Below are positions 1 through 9,624 of a stretch of 28,016 bases of DNA, piece by piece. The stretch is taken from positions 1 through 28,016 of the IMG/VR virus record IMGVR_UViG_3300025577_000049; one strand, 5' to 3'. The translations under genes were made by a program, and so were the position numbers. How positions within the stretch are numbered: the first letter of the stretch is position 1; each line of letters begins with the position of its first letter. This stretch comes from a virus (lineage: Duplodnaviria; Caudoviricetes). The notes beneath the pieces were generated by a model. That model did no database searches. It was given only the letters and a program-made list of their open reading frames with translations, and was not told the DNA's origin.

Positions 1-336
1 CCAAGTTACATCACCCCTATGGCCTTTTAAATCTTTAACTAGGAGAGTTAATAAGCCAGTGGTCTTGTTCTTGCGATGCGATTTAATGTTCTTAACATTG
101 TTCTCGTTAGCTACGCCTTGTAATACCTTCTGATACTTATTACGCTTGGCAATCAATGTGCGATGCTGGGCTGCTTGCTCAACACCTAAAACCTGTGCCT
201 GTTCAGCAGAGTGTATGCCTTTTGATCTTAACTGGGCCTCAAATATTGATGCGTCTTGCCTTAGTTCGTCTGCTAATTTAAGGGACATTTTTCCAGAAGC
301 GATGGCTTCTTTAAAACACTTATCTAATCGGTTCAT
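1..336 (-). CDS. Partial ORF running off the left edge; probable large internal virion/ejection protein
   Basis: Not in the ORF track. ATG at 336 overlaps the upstream stop (ATGA) and reads MNRLDKCFKEAIASGKMSLKLADELRQDA... with no stop down to base 1; product inferred from position. Confidence 0.75.
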   Translation of the reverse strand, partial: MNRLDKCFKEAIASGKMSLKLADELRQDASIFEAQLRSKGIHSAEQAQVLGVEQAAQHRTLIAKRNKYQKVLQGVANENNVKNIKSHRKNKTTGLLTLLVKDLKGHRGDVTW

Positions 337-3300
337 AGCATACATACTCTAATTGATTCGATTCCAGCTATATCATTATCGTCTTCCATTAACGCATCCC
401 TTAGATTGATCGTGTTGCCGTTTTGGTCAAAGATCACCTGGTCAGTTGTCTCATCACTTACAATACGAGCAGCTTCAGCATCGATGGCTTCATTGTTTAG
501 AGGCTCGTCAATCTGTTTAAGTTGCGGCTTCATACCAGTAATAGTGGGCTTCTTAACTACGTTTTTCTTGAGGGCTTGCTCAGACTTAACCACCAACGCT
601 CTCATCTCAGAGATAGTTATATCGTCTTTAACTAAGCCAATTTTGCGTAGTGCTTTAATGATGATGTTCTTGAGGGCCATGAACGTGGTGTCACTGACCT
701 CTTCACGGGCCATCTTGGAGATGATCTCATCCGCAATCACATCGTCAGCCATGCCTTTGTAGGGCGCGTTAGGATTAATGATCTGCCTTGTTTGAGGGTC
801 AATGCCAGACAGGTCTACCCACATCTGACGTAACTCAGGGTTGGTTAGTGCTGTGGATTTAATGTCATTGATAACCCCTTGGAAGTCACCGCCAAGGCTT
901 TTGCGTAAACCATAGTGGCCTATGATCTCTTCTCGCATAACTTGCATAAGATGAGCTTCGTCACGGAATGCTGATGCGTTGATGTGTAGCTCACCCGTTT
1001 CTGGGTTAATGGCTGCTTCTATGGTGTTGCCCTGTTTAGAAAACATTAGCTCATCTAAAGAGTTCATAGCTTTAGCTTTGCTATCACTTGAAGCATGGCG
1101 AATTACCTCAACTCCATTACGAGCAAGAACTTTTGCGGCTTCATTAAAATTAGCCTCTGATGGGACTAATGCCACCTTAAACTCATCAAGACCTACAGAC
1201 CTTTGAATTTTTGCCTCAAAATAAGAACTTGGCAGTTCTCTCAAGTCACTAACTAACGCATCAACACTTTTTAAAATGTCATCAGGTAATTCAGCAAAAT
1301 CTTGTAATCTGCCTGTTTGAACAAACTCTTGAAGATTTTCAATTGCCGCATCCATAAATCCAAAACTGTTTGAGTCAAATTTATAAAACGGCTTTAGTTG
1401 CTCTATTAAATCTTCTACTCTTAAATTAATATCACCTTTAATATCAAGCATAGTTTCTTCATCAACAAGACTATTCCGACTACTTTGAATATCTGAAATT
1501 GACTTAAATTCTTTTGCTGCATACGCTCGTAACTGACCTGGCCCTTTCCAATCTTCGCCACCACGCAAATCTTTTGTCATGTGTTTGACTACGTTATTAA
1601 GCGTATGAGCTTTGTACTTTCTACTGCCATCAGCCCCATAACCAGCAAATATTTTTTCGCTGGTAATCATTTCTGAAAAAGAATCTTTTATCCATTTAGA
1701 AAACCCAGCATTACGCTCATCAGTCATTAAATCCTTAACTTCATTTCTAGCACCATAAAGAACGACTTGCCCATCATCTTTAGTCTTGATCTCAGGAGCT
1801 TCGCCAATAGTCTCTAAATACCTATATGCAACTAGCCAACTTTCTGTAAACTCTTTAAGGCCACCAGACTCAACCCCCGAATGCGTAACCGCATAAGGAA
1901 AGCCATTTTTTTCTGCCACCTCATCAAGCTCTTGTGTAAGCGAGTCAAATAAACGTCTATTAACTTTATAAGAAACATTCGGGTATCTTGGTGAATATAC
2001 ATCGGCATTAAATATTCTATTCTTTCGTGACTTTTTTGGGTCGATCATGTCTGGATGAGCAACTAACGTAATGTCGCCAAAGTTATCTAACCCGACAGAT
2101 GCTTTAACGACAGCAACAGATGGAGCAGGCAGTCCACCTAATTCATCAGCATGGATCACTGACTCAGGGCCAATATTATGAACAGTAATCATACGATCTT
2201 CTACTGCAACACCATCAGTCATTGAATAACGCAAATTAGGGCTATCAATAAGATCAGGGTCAAATGCTGCAAATTTAGAGCGTATATTTTTTGTGTCAAA
2301 TATCATGCGCTCTTTTAATATTCTTTTTTGAGGCATTGCATCAACAAATTCTGGGCCATATATTTCTAAATATTCCCATTTAGGCGAGCCTTTTCGTAAT
2401 GTTTTTTCTACTGATTCTTTTTTTAACCACTGGGGAAAGCTGCCTAACTTATTTACATAATACTTTTTAACCGCTTCCCATTGCTTGGGGTTTAAAACTT
2501 CATCTTCACCTAACTGAACCACATCATCGTAAACATCAACACCTGTATAACCTGCTTCTTTAATTTGATCCGTTTTAAGCTGACGCATTTCATCGTTGGC
2601 AATAGCCATGCCTCTGCCTTGAGATTCAGTTTCGTTTGCTCTCCAATCGTATTGGTTGTCTGCTTTTAGCTTAATAGGCAACACGTTAGCATTGCCTGTT
2701 GATGGCACAAACTGATTCACATAGTCTTTACTTGGCGTAAAATAATGGCCTCTGCCAAACCAACCCTCATCTGTAGTAGAGCCTATTTTAGAATTATCAA
2801 ATTCTCTTATATTAGCACCAGTAGCATGATAGAAGTCTCTGTCACCAAAGCCCATTGCCTTGGCTCTAGCCATACGCCCCTCTTGAGACATATCCAAGCC
2901 TTTAGCCTCGGCTGCTTTCCACGCAGCACTGCCCTCGCCATCATCCACTGAGAAACGCATATCGCCATCTAACTCAGGGTTGCCCTCATAGACCCTAACC
3001 TTAATGTCGTTAGCACCCATTGACGCAGCGATGCGATTAACCGCAGTCTTAACAGCCATCATGCGAGGTGTGTCTGTAGGCGCAACAGCTATTGCCTGGT
3101 TAGTCTCTTCGGCCTTATCAACCACATATTGATCACGGGCCTTTTTAGCTGCGCTATGGTAATCGACTTGCTCAGAATACTTGTTATCAAGATCATCCAT
3201 CTGCTGTTTAAGAGCGATCATGTCGCCCTCATCCCTGCGACTAGCCCTTAGATCGTTGTTGGCAATGTTGGCCTCTTCGTTCTGGCGTATAGTGTCCTCA

Positions 3301-4625
3301 CCAACGGATCGATCAAAGTCAGCCTTTTGGATCTCACGAATCGCATCCAAGTCAGTCTCTTGGTTAAGCTCGCCAGTGGTTTCAATGTCAGCTTTGTTTT
3401 GTGCCTGCTTCAATTCCCACTTGGTTAATTTTTGATCAGCAAACTTTTGTAGCTGCTCTTGCTTTGCGTATAGGTCTGGATCGAAAGACTCTTCTAACTC
3501 GTACCGCTTCTGAGCAATGTAATCCATTGTGGCCCTAGCACCATTGACCTCAACATCGAACAACTCTAAATACTCAGCCTCAATTGTCTTACCCAGTGAG
3601 TCATAGTCAACCTGGCGACCAGCTTCTATGTCAGCCATCGCAGTGTTTAAAGCCTTTAGATGGACTTCTAACTCACCTACAGTCTTTGCACCTGTCTCAT
3701 CAGTAAAGTCTTGTAGCTCTAAAAGGTCTTGTATCTTTTTTCTTAAACGTCTAGTTTCATGGTTGTCAGGCAATTCTTGCTTGCTAGTTATTCTATCAAA
3801 ACCCCTTGCAATACTATGTCCTAGTCCATTTAATAAGCCATTACCGACCCCAGCAGCCGACATATTAAATAAAGCATCTTGCAAGTCATAGGGTGATTCA
3901 ATCTCTTTTTTGTAGTCGTAAACTAACGGCTGAATAGCAGCCTCAGTAGCAAATCCAATACCAAAGCTACGCGCAACAATAATACTTAAACCTTGAACAA
4001 AGCTTGCCCCAGCTACTTTTCCAGCACCTATAGGAAGCGTCATTATGTTAATTGGATCTGCCATCGATGCAACAGCACCACCACCTAATGTGCCAAAGAA
4101 TGCAGCGTAAGGGTCAGCATAAGAATACGTTTCTTCAAAATCATCACGGAGCATTTTTGCTTGAGCAGCAATGTCTGCATCAATCTCATCTCGGTTGCGA
4201 ATGTTTGCGTCAGGAAACCTCTCTCTAAGGGCTTCAAGGTTTGGCTCAATAATTCCTTGCCAATCAGATGAAAGCGAGTCTTTTGACTTAGTAGAAGCTA
4301 TAGAGTTAGCTAATGCTAATTGCAACCCTCCTTGCAGCATTCCAATATTACCTTGAGTAGCTTGTCTCCATGACTCTTTTAGTATTTCAGTTGAGCTAGA
4401 TTCAAATGCAGGCAAGAAACTTGGGCCAAACATTTCTGGGGCTAAATCGTGTACCTTGTGAACTTCTTTTAATAGCTCTTCGTCTAGGTTTCTTCCACGC
4501 GAGGTTGATAAATCTTCATATTTAAACGTGTCAAACTGTGCGCCAGCTACAGAAAGAAATCCAATATCACCTTGCTCTTGATAGCTTTCAAAATCAGTTG
4601 GCTCTTGAGCGTTATAAAGAAGCAT
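333..4625 (-). CDS. 1430-aa internal virion (ejection) polyvalent protein with ADP-ribosyltransferase, ART-like and zincin-like domains
   Basis: Gly/Ala-rich hydrophobic N-terminal segments; GLDMSQEGRMARAKAMGF-FYHAT...GRGHYFT...GYTGV...ERMIFD-NIRS (ART-PolyVal-like); EEIIGHYGLR...ADEIISKMA (zincin-like); position after tail genes. Confidence 0.8.
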   Translation of the reverse strand: MLLYNAQEPTDFESYQEQGDIGFLSVAGAQFDTFKYEDLSTSRGRNLDEELLKEVHKVHDLAPEMFGPSFLPAFESSSTEILKESWRQATQGNIGMLQGGLQLALANSIASTKSKDSLSSDWQGIIEPNLEALRERFPDANIRNRDEIDADIAAQAKMLRDDFEETYSYADPYAAFFGTLGGGAVASMADPINIMTLPIGAGKVAGASFVQGLSIIVARSFGIGFATEAAIQPLVYDYKKEIESPYDLQDALFNMSAAGVGNGLLNGLGHSIARGFDRITSKQELPDNHETRRLRKKIQDLLELQDFTDETGAKTVGELEVHLKALNTAMADIEAGRQVDYDSLGKTIEAEYLELFDVEVNGARATMDYIAQKRYELEESFDPDLYAKQEQLQKFADQKLTKWELKQAQNKADIETTGELNQETDLDAIREIQKADFDRSVGEDTIRQNEEANIANNDLRASRRDEGDMIALKQQMDDLDNKYSEQVDYHSAAKKARDQYVVDKAEETNQAIAVAPTDTPRMMAVKTAVNRIAASMGANDIKVRVYEGNPELDGDMRFSVDDGEGSAAWKAAEAKGLDMSQEGRMARAKAMGFGDRDFYHATGANIREFDNSKIGSTTDEGWFGRGHYFTPSKDYVNQFVPSTGNANVLPIKLKADNQYDWRANETESQGRGMAIANDEMRQLKTDQIKEAGYTGVDVYDDVVQLGEDEVLNPKQWEAVKKYYVNKLGSFPQWLKKESVEKTLRKGSPKWEYLEIYGPEFVDAMPQKRILKERMIFDTKNIRSKFAAFDPDLIDSPNLRYSMTDGVAVEDRMITVHNIGPESVIHADELGGLPAPSVAVVKASVGLDNFGDITLVAHPDMIDPKKSRKNRIFNADVYSPRYPNVSYKVNRRLFDSLTQELDEVAEKNGFPYAVTHSGVESGGLKEFTESWLVAYRYLETIGEAPEIKTKDDGQVVLYGARNEVKDLMTDERNAGFSKWIKDSFSEMITSEKIFAGYGADGSRKYKAHTLNNVVKHMTKDLRGGEDWKGPGQLRAYAAKEFKSISDIQSSRNSLVDEETMLDIKGDINLRVEDLIEQLKPFYKFDSNSFGFMDAAIENLQEFVQTGRLQDFAELPDDILKSVDALVSDLRELPSSYFEAKIQRSVGLDEFKVALVPSEANFNEAAKVLARNGVEVIRHASSDSKAKAMNSLDELMFSKQGNTIEAAINPETGELHINASAFRDEAHLMQVMREEIIGHYGLRKSLGGDFQGVINDIKSTALTNPELRQMWVDLSGIDPQTRQIINPNAPYKGMADDVIADEIISKMAREEVSDTTFMALKNIIIKALRKIGLVKDDITISEMRALVVKSEQALKKNVVKKPTITGMKPQLKQIDEPLNNEAIDAEAARIVSDETTDQVIFDQNGNTINLRDALMEDDNDIAGIESIRVCML

Positions 4626-4626
4626 A

Positions 4627-6633
4627 TTATTTCTCGCTAAAATCTAAGATGAATATTGTTCCTGTTGCGTTTGCTACTGGGCGACCATCAAAATAAACTT
4701 GGTATTGACCAAACTCTGAACCTTGCCTTAACTCAGCCTCACCTGACTTTAATTTATCTAGCATTGACTCTGGAGTAACAGTTCTAGGCTGACCATTACG
4801 ACCCATTAAATTAGCGTCTGCAAACCCACCCATCTCATTTATCTGCTCCATACTAAGATCATCAATAGTTGACTCAAATTGATCTAGTGTCATGTTGCGA
4901 CTAGGCAGTAGTATCTTGTTGTCACCATAATCAGCAATGTTACCAACCGCTAGTTTTACAGCCTGCTGATACAATTCAACATCTAGTTCTGCATTATTGC
5001 CAGGTTGCAACCCAGCCCTTTCTGCTAATCCAATGTAAATGGTGTCAGCAACCAATTGCATTGATTTAGATGCTTTTGTATTACTAGATTGAAATAAACC
5101 TTGAGTGGCTTGGAAAAACAAAGAGCGTGGAGTATCGTTATTTGCGTTTAGATTCCCACTTAACTTGTAGTCAGGGTTTGCATTAAGAGTAAATGCCCCA
5201 GCTAGGTATGCGTTATAAGATGCCTCACCATCGCTTTGGAGGGCTAAAGACCCAACGACTGCCATCTCTCCAGCATCTTCTTTGTATAAAAGATTTAGCA
5301 CTTGTTCGGCTTCTTCTTTGTCATAGGCGGTAAGAATGTCATCTAAGGCTGGTACGCCAATTTTCTTTAGGTCATTAAGCTGAGACAGGCTCATTGGTGG
5401 TGCTTGTTCACCGATCCACGCAGAGACTTTAATTTGATTGTCTTGGGCTGTGGCTAAAGACTGAGCAATATTATCCTTTGTGATCTTCTCTATTGGCTCA
5501 CCGCCACCATACATTAGGTAGGCTTGGTGTGGATCAGTCGCTATAGCACGTTCAATTTCACCATAAGCCTTTCGAGTAGACTGCTGAATAACAAAACCTC
5601 GGTAATCAGTATTAGGATCAAATGTCTGATTCATTGCATCAATTCGCTGTTCGCTAGTCATGCTCATTAATGACTGCACGTTGCCATAAATATCACGGGC
5701 AATCTCCATTTGCTCTATGTTATCTGGATCAGTTAACTGGCTAATGGTGTCGTTGATTTGATTAAGTTGATCCTCGGTCATAGGGCGACCACTCTCTAGC
5801 ATTACCTTGCCTTTTTTGGCAGCTTTCATGGTCTTGGCTTCTAACTCTTTTGCCTCACGCTCAACCCTAGCAATTTCACGATCTACAAGAATCTGATCAT
5901 TACGCAAGTCAGCATTCATTCGGTCTGCCATCTGCTGTCGCTCACCCTCATCAAATGTTGGGGGTAGTTCAATGCCATCTAAATACTCTTGACCACGGCC
6001 TAAATCACGCTCGGCTTGAAACTCGCTCATAATTCGGTTGGTGTGATGCTCATGTTGAAAAGCATCAAAGTCAGTTGCCATTTTACCAGCCGTAATTAAA
6101 CCCACTTCTAAGGCTCTCTGCTGGGTTTCTGCAAACTCCAACATACCATTAGGGCTTTGCATTAAATCGATCTTAGACTGCTCATACGCGCCTGAGAGGT
6201 GTGCAATAGTTCTGCGACCAACCTCACCCCTTACTGCGCCAATGTTACGAGTCAGTGTCTGATCTGCGAACTGAGTAAATGCGCCTTTGTTCGGGTTAAA
6301 CTTAACGCGACTACTGTAGTTTTTGGCAATCTTGTCGTGAGCAGATTGGTATTGTTCCATCATCGTGCCATGCGTAGGCGCACCATTGGCATCTACCCTG
6401 TCCTGATCTTGAATGTCTTGCCAGGCTGCACTTGTGTCGCGTGAGAATCCATTAGCTAGTCGGCTGTATTCCTCATCAGTCTCGGCCTTAACGATCTTGG
6501 TCTGGTAATCATTAACCACCTTAGTTAACGCTGAGTTTGTTTGCATCTTGGCTGAAGCAGCAGAAGAGATTGCACCTAGACTAATCTGCTCTGCACCTGG
6601 TACACCTGTTTGATTAATGCCTGGTATTTTCAC
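4627..6633 (-). CDS. Internal virion protein (ejectosome component)
   Basis: Long helical Q/A/E-rich ORF; start reassigned to GTG at 6633 (GTGA overlap with upstream stop, MKIPG...); synteny. Confidence 0.65.
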   Translation of the reverse strand: MKIPGINQTGVPGAEQISLGAISSAASAKMQTNSALTKVVNDYQTKIVKAETDEEYSRLANGFSRDTSAAWQDIQDQDRVDANGAPTHGTMMEQYQSAHDKIAKNYSSRVKFNPNKGAFTQFADQTLTRNIGAVRGEVGRRTIAHLSGAYEQSKIDLMQSPNGMLEFAETQQRALEVGLITAGKMATDFDAFQHEHHTNRIMSEFQAERDLGRGQEYLDGIELPPTFDEGERQQMADRMNADLRNDQILVDREIARVEREAKELEAKTMKAAKKGKVMLESGRPMTEDQLNQINDTISQLTDPDNIEQMEIARDIYGNVQSLMSMTSEQRIDAMNQTFDPNTDYRGFVIQQSTRKAYGEIERAIATDPHQAYLMYGGGEPIEKITKDNIAQSLATAQDNQIKVSAWIGEQAPPMSLSQLNDLKKIGVPALDDILTAYDKEEAEQVLNLLYKEDAGEMAVVGSLALQSDGEASYNAYLAGAFTLNANPDYKLSGNLNANNDTPRSLFFQATQGLFQSSNTKASKSMQLVADTIYIGLAERAGLQPGNNAELDVELYQQAVKLAVGNIADYGDNKILLPSRNMTLDQFESTIDDLSMEQINEMGGFADANLMGRNGQPRTVTPESMLDKLKSGEAELRQGSEFGQYQVYFDGRPVANATGTIFILDFSEK

Positions 6634-7055
6634 TGACCAATTCCCCACCAATTGTTATCGTTTCCAACCTTGCCAACACCACTAATTAATAAGCTCTCAC
6701 CTTGGCTGCTCATTGCGTCTGCCTGTGCGCCTGCCCCTGCTCTTCTCGCTGATGCTGTACGCCTGCCCTGCTCTGCTGTAAAGGCCATTTCACGCTCTGC
6801 AACATTAGCCGCCTCTGCCATGACTGCTAGGGTTGACCCACTGGTAAGGTCAACACCCGACTTAGCGTATGCAACCACTCGTTGGCCTTGCTCTTGATCG
6901 AACTTGTAGCGTGAACGCCTAAGACGCTCTTGTGTCTCTAACTCGGATAGCTGGGCATTCTTCTCGCCAGCTTCACGCATCTCTGAGGCTGCGCTACTAG
7001 CATCGCTGTACTGTTTGACTGCCCCTGCAATTTGCAGAAATGTCATAAAACTCAT
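6630..7055 (-). CDS. Small internal virion protein (T7 gp14-like position)
   Basis: Start reassigned to ATG 7055 (MSFMTFLQIAG); Ala-rich with AYAKSGVDLTSGSTL motif typical of podophage small ejection proteins; directly follows tail tubular B. Confidence 0.7.
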   Translation of the reverse strand: MSFMTFLQIAGAVKQYSDASSAASEMREAGEKNAQLSELETQERLRRSRYKFDQEQGQRVVAYAKSGVDLTSGSTLAVMAEAANVAEREMAFTAEQGRRTASARRAGAGAQADAMSSQGESLLISGVGKVGNDNNWWGIGQ

Positions 7056-7057
7056 AG

Positions 7058-9007
7058 TTAATCTCCAACACTCAATGTGCCAAATAGCGAAATGATATGA
7101 CACGCCAGAGGTAAATCTTGCTCAATTTCAATGCGACCATTTAAGTCATAACCAAGGTTCTTTACTTCAATATCTTCTGAGGTGATTGGCTGTTCGTTGC
7201 CATAATTTGTGTCAGGTGAGCGCACAGATGGACGCTGACCATTAATAATGGGTATTGCTGATTTCTCTAAGCGAACAAAGATTGTGTTCCAGCGTTTAGG
7301 CTTCCCAAGCGTTGTGCCAGCCCCTGCGTTTTGACCAGGGCGAGTCGGTGTCAGTTTAGAGACATACTTTAATCCGACTTTAATGTCAGTCGCTGTGTAG
7401 TTAAGGGTGATAGCACCGCTAGAAACGATTAGATCAGGGTGTACAGCCCCATCAGCAGTAATCTGTACAGTCTTGCCCTCTAGGTGAGCGAGGCCGCTTA
7501 CAGAGGCTGTGGCACTGCCAGAGTAGGAGATCATTGAATCAAGGTATGTGTCTGGGGTGTATAGCTCTACATATTGCTTAGTGGCCCCACCAATTGTCCT
7601 TTCTACAACAAACCAGAACTGGTCAGGCCCATCCTCTGAGATGACTGCTAGGCTCTTGTACTCACCATCAGTGATGTGTCGATGCCATCCGATAACCTCT
7701 TGGGTTGGCTCATAGGTCAGCATAATTAACGCGCCATCAGTTCTTAGACCTAACAGAATGGAGTCAGGCACATGGCTGTAGCTTAAAGCTGTTAGGCCAC
7801 CTTCAGTGATATGCTCGGCTAGAAAAGTTAGGTCATCTGATTGGAATGAGTCAGACTCCCATTTGTACGCCACGTTTCTTACTTGTGTACCGCTTCGTTG
7901 AATAAAGAATACATCAGAGCCTACATACGCAGGATGACCAATCTTTGACCCGTATGATGTTTGTCTACGCACATCGACATTAGTAGGAGTGATTGCAGAT
8001 TCATTACCACCTGTCACCCTAAACTCACCGCCAGACGTACCTACAATTAACACCCGTTGAGCCGCCATCCATTTAATGTTGTTCACTCGGTCACTAGCAA
8101 TGGCATAGCTTAATCCGTCTGAGGCGTTAGCACCTAGATCAAAGTCTTCATAAATACCTGTCTTACTAGCCCATAATGTCTGGGGCTTGTGTGAAGTGCC
8201 TCCGTACCAAAGTCTTTGCTCATAGAATACAACCCCTGCTGGGAAGCCTCTGTAAGTCGAGAATGCGCCCTCTTGCCATAGGTTAGTCGGGTTCGTATCA
8301 GTGGGCATATACCCTAAATCTTTAACTGTGACGTTAGCCACTGTCGCTGATGCAACGCTATTGACTCGCACCCATACAACCTCACCTGTGGCATTGCCAG
8401 GATTAGTGTCTACCAGCCAATCAGTACCAACGTGAGAAGCGTCAAACAAAGAAGCACTGGCAGTGAGATTTTGAGTCGCAGCACTTGTTGAGGCAAACGT
8501 GAGAGTAAGTGACTCGTCTTGGTTAACAGGTAAAAATGGGCCTTTTTTAAATACTTCGTCAGCAAGTGTCCAAGTGGCATGGGCTAACCTCGTTAGTTTT
8601 CTAGGCTTATGACTTGGGTGAACGATCCACATTACGTCTGCGTTTTGTGCAAACTGTAGCTCATTGACCTGAGAGTGAGTGTAAGTCGTGCTTATCTCAT
8701 AGGCCGATCCACTAGCTTGGACTTGCCCACCATTGGTGTAGAAACGAATGTAATTATTACCAAACTCTAAAACATAAGTCTGATCAACGCTAAACTCAAA
8801 AGGTATTAGCCTAGTCGTATGCGCTGAGTTCTTGACCTCATTAATAAAGCGAGTACCACCACGCCTTTTAGCTCCACCATGAGGCAATGCCATAAAGTTT
8901 TCCATGACCTCACAGCCTGTGGCGTATTTTGGTGAGTCAGTTCGCCCCATCAAACGTGGTGATAGCTCCCCTGATGCAAAGCTATTAATGATTGGGGATA
9001 GTCTCAT
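7058..9007 (-). CDS. Tail tubular protein B (nozzle)
   Basis: N-terminal SFASGELSPRLMGRTD...GGAKRRGGT, RLIPFEFS, FYEQRLWYGG; beta-rich; follows tubular A. Confidence 0.9.
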   Translation of the reverse strand: MRLSPIINSFASGELSPRLMGRTDSPKYATGCEVMENFMALPHGGAKRRGGTRFINEVKNSAHTTRLIPFEFSVDQTYVLEFGNNYIRFYTNGGQVQASGSAYEISTTYTHSQVNELQFAQNADVMWIVHPSHKPRKLTRLAHATWTLADEVFKKGPFLPVNQDESLTLTFASTSAATQNLTASASLFDASHVGTDWLVDTNPGNATGEVVWVRVNSVASATVANVTVKDLGYMPTDTNPTNLWQEGAFSTYRGFPAGVVFYEQRLWYGGTSHKPQTLWASKTGIYEDFDLGANASDGLSYAIASDRVNNIKWMAAQRVLIVGTSGGEFRVTGGNESAITPTNVDVRRQTSYGSKIGHPAYVGSDVFFIQRSGTQVRNVAYKWESDSFQSDDLTFLAEHITEGGLTALSYSHVPDSILLGLRTDGALIMLTYEPTQEVIGWHRHITDGEYKSLAVISEDGPDQFWFVVERTIGGATKQYVELYTPDTYLDSMISYSGSATASVSGLAHLEGKTVQITADGAVHPDLIVSSGAITLNYTATDIKVGLKYVSKLTPTRPGQNAGAGTTLGKPKRWNTIFVRLEKSAIPIINGQRPSVRSPDTNYGNEQPITSEDIEVKNLGYDLNGRIEIEQDLPLACHIISLFGTLSVGD

Positions 9008-9564
9008 GCTCTGGCAACCTCAAATACAACTGAGTTTATGTCCTCTGCGCCAACCTCTGCGCCATCGTAGATTGAGGCATCCCTCAAGGACGTTGTAGAC
9101 ATAGCCCACATATCGTTAGACAAGGCCCGATTCTGAGTCAGTGCGTAGGAAACCTCGGCAGAAATGCGACACGCTAAAGCAAAGACTAAAGCTGGATCGA
9201 ACTGCCCAGGGTCTGTAATTCTTGCAACAAATTTAATGGTTGCGGTATCTGTGTTACATACCAGGGTTCTACCCTCAATTCGGTAGGTGCTGGTTTCTTT
9301 TAATTCCAATACCGACAGACAATGTGGATCGTTTGGCAAGCTGTATGCTTTATCAAACCCCCATACTGGATCGGTGGATAGTTGTGAAAGTGTGGCGCGT
9401 TGAATAGCGCACGACCAAGGGTGTGATCGTAGGACAGCATCACGCGCATCTGCGTAAACTGCGTTACATACATTGGCTTCGGTTGAGCCATCCTGCAAGG
9501 AGGTGATTGTATTAGCACCTAGCATGGCTAAAGCCCTATTACAGATTGAAACTTCACTAGCCAT
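9004..9564 (-). CDS. Tail tubular protein A (head-tail adaptor)
   Basis: MASEVSICNRALAMLG...RDAVLRSHPWSCA...YSLPND; GGAG SD upstream. Confidence 0.9.
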   Translation of the reverse strand: MASEVSICNRALAMLGANTITSLQDGSTEANVCNAVYADARDAVLRSHPWSCAIQRATLSQLSTDPVWGFDKAYSLPNDPHCLSVLELKETSTYRIEGRTLVCNTDTATIKFVARITDPGQFDPALVFALACRISAEVSYALTQNRALSNDMWAMSTTSLRDASIYDGAEVGAEDINSVVFEVARA

Positions 9565-9578
9565 GACAACTCCTAGTT

Positions 9579-9606
9579 AAAAAAAAGGGGCGTATTTCAG
9601 CCCCTT
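9579..9606 (-). terminator. Rho-independent terminator after the major capsid gene
   Basis: Minus strand AAGGGGC-TGAAATAC-GCCCCTT followed by a T run. Confidence 0.9.
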
Positions 9607-9624
9607 GGTTGCTACATACTGAAC

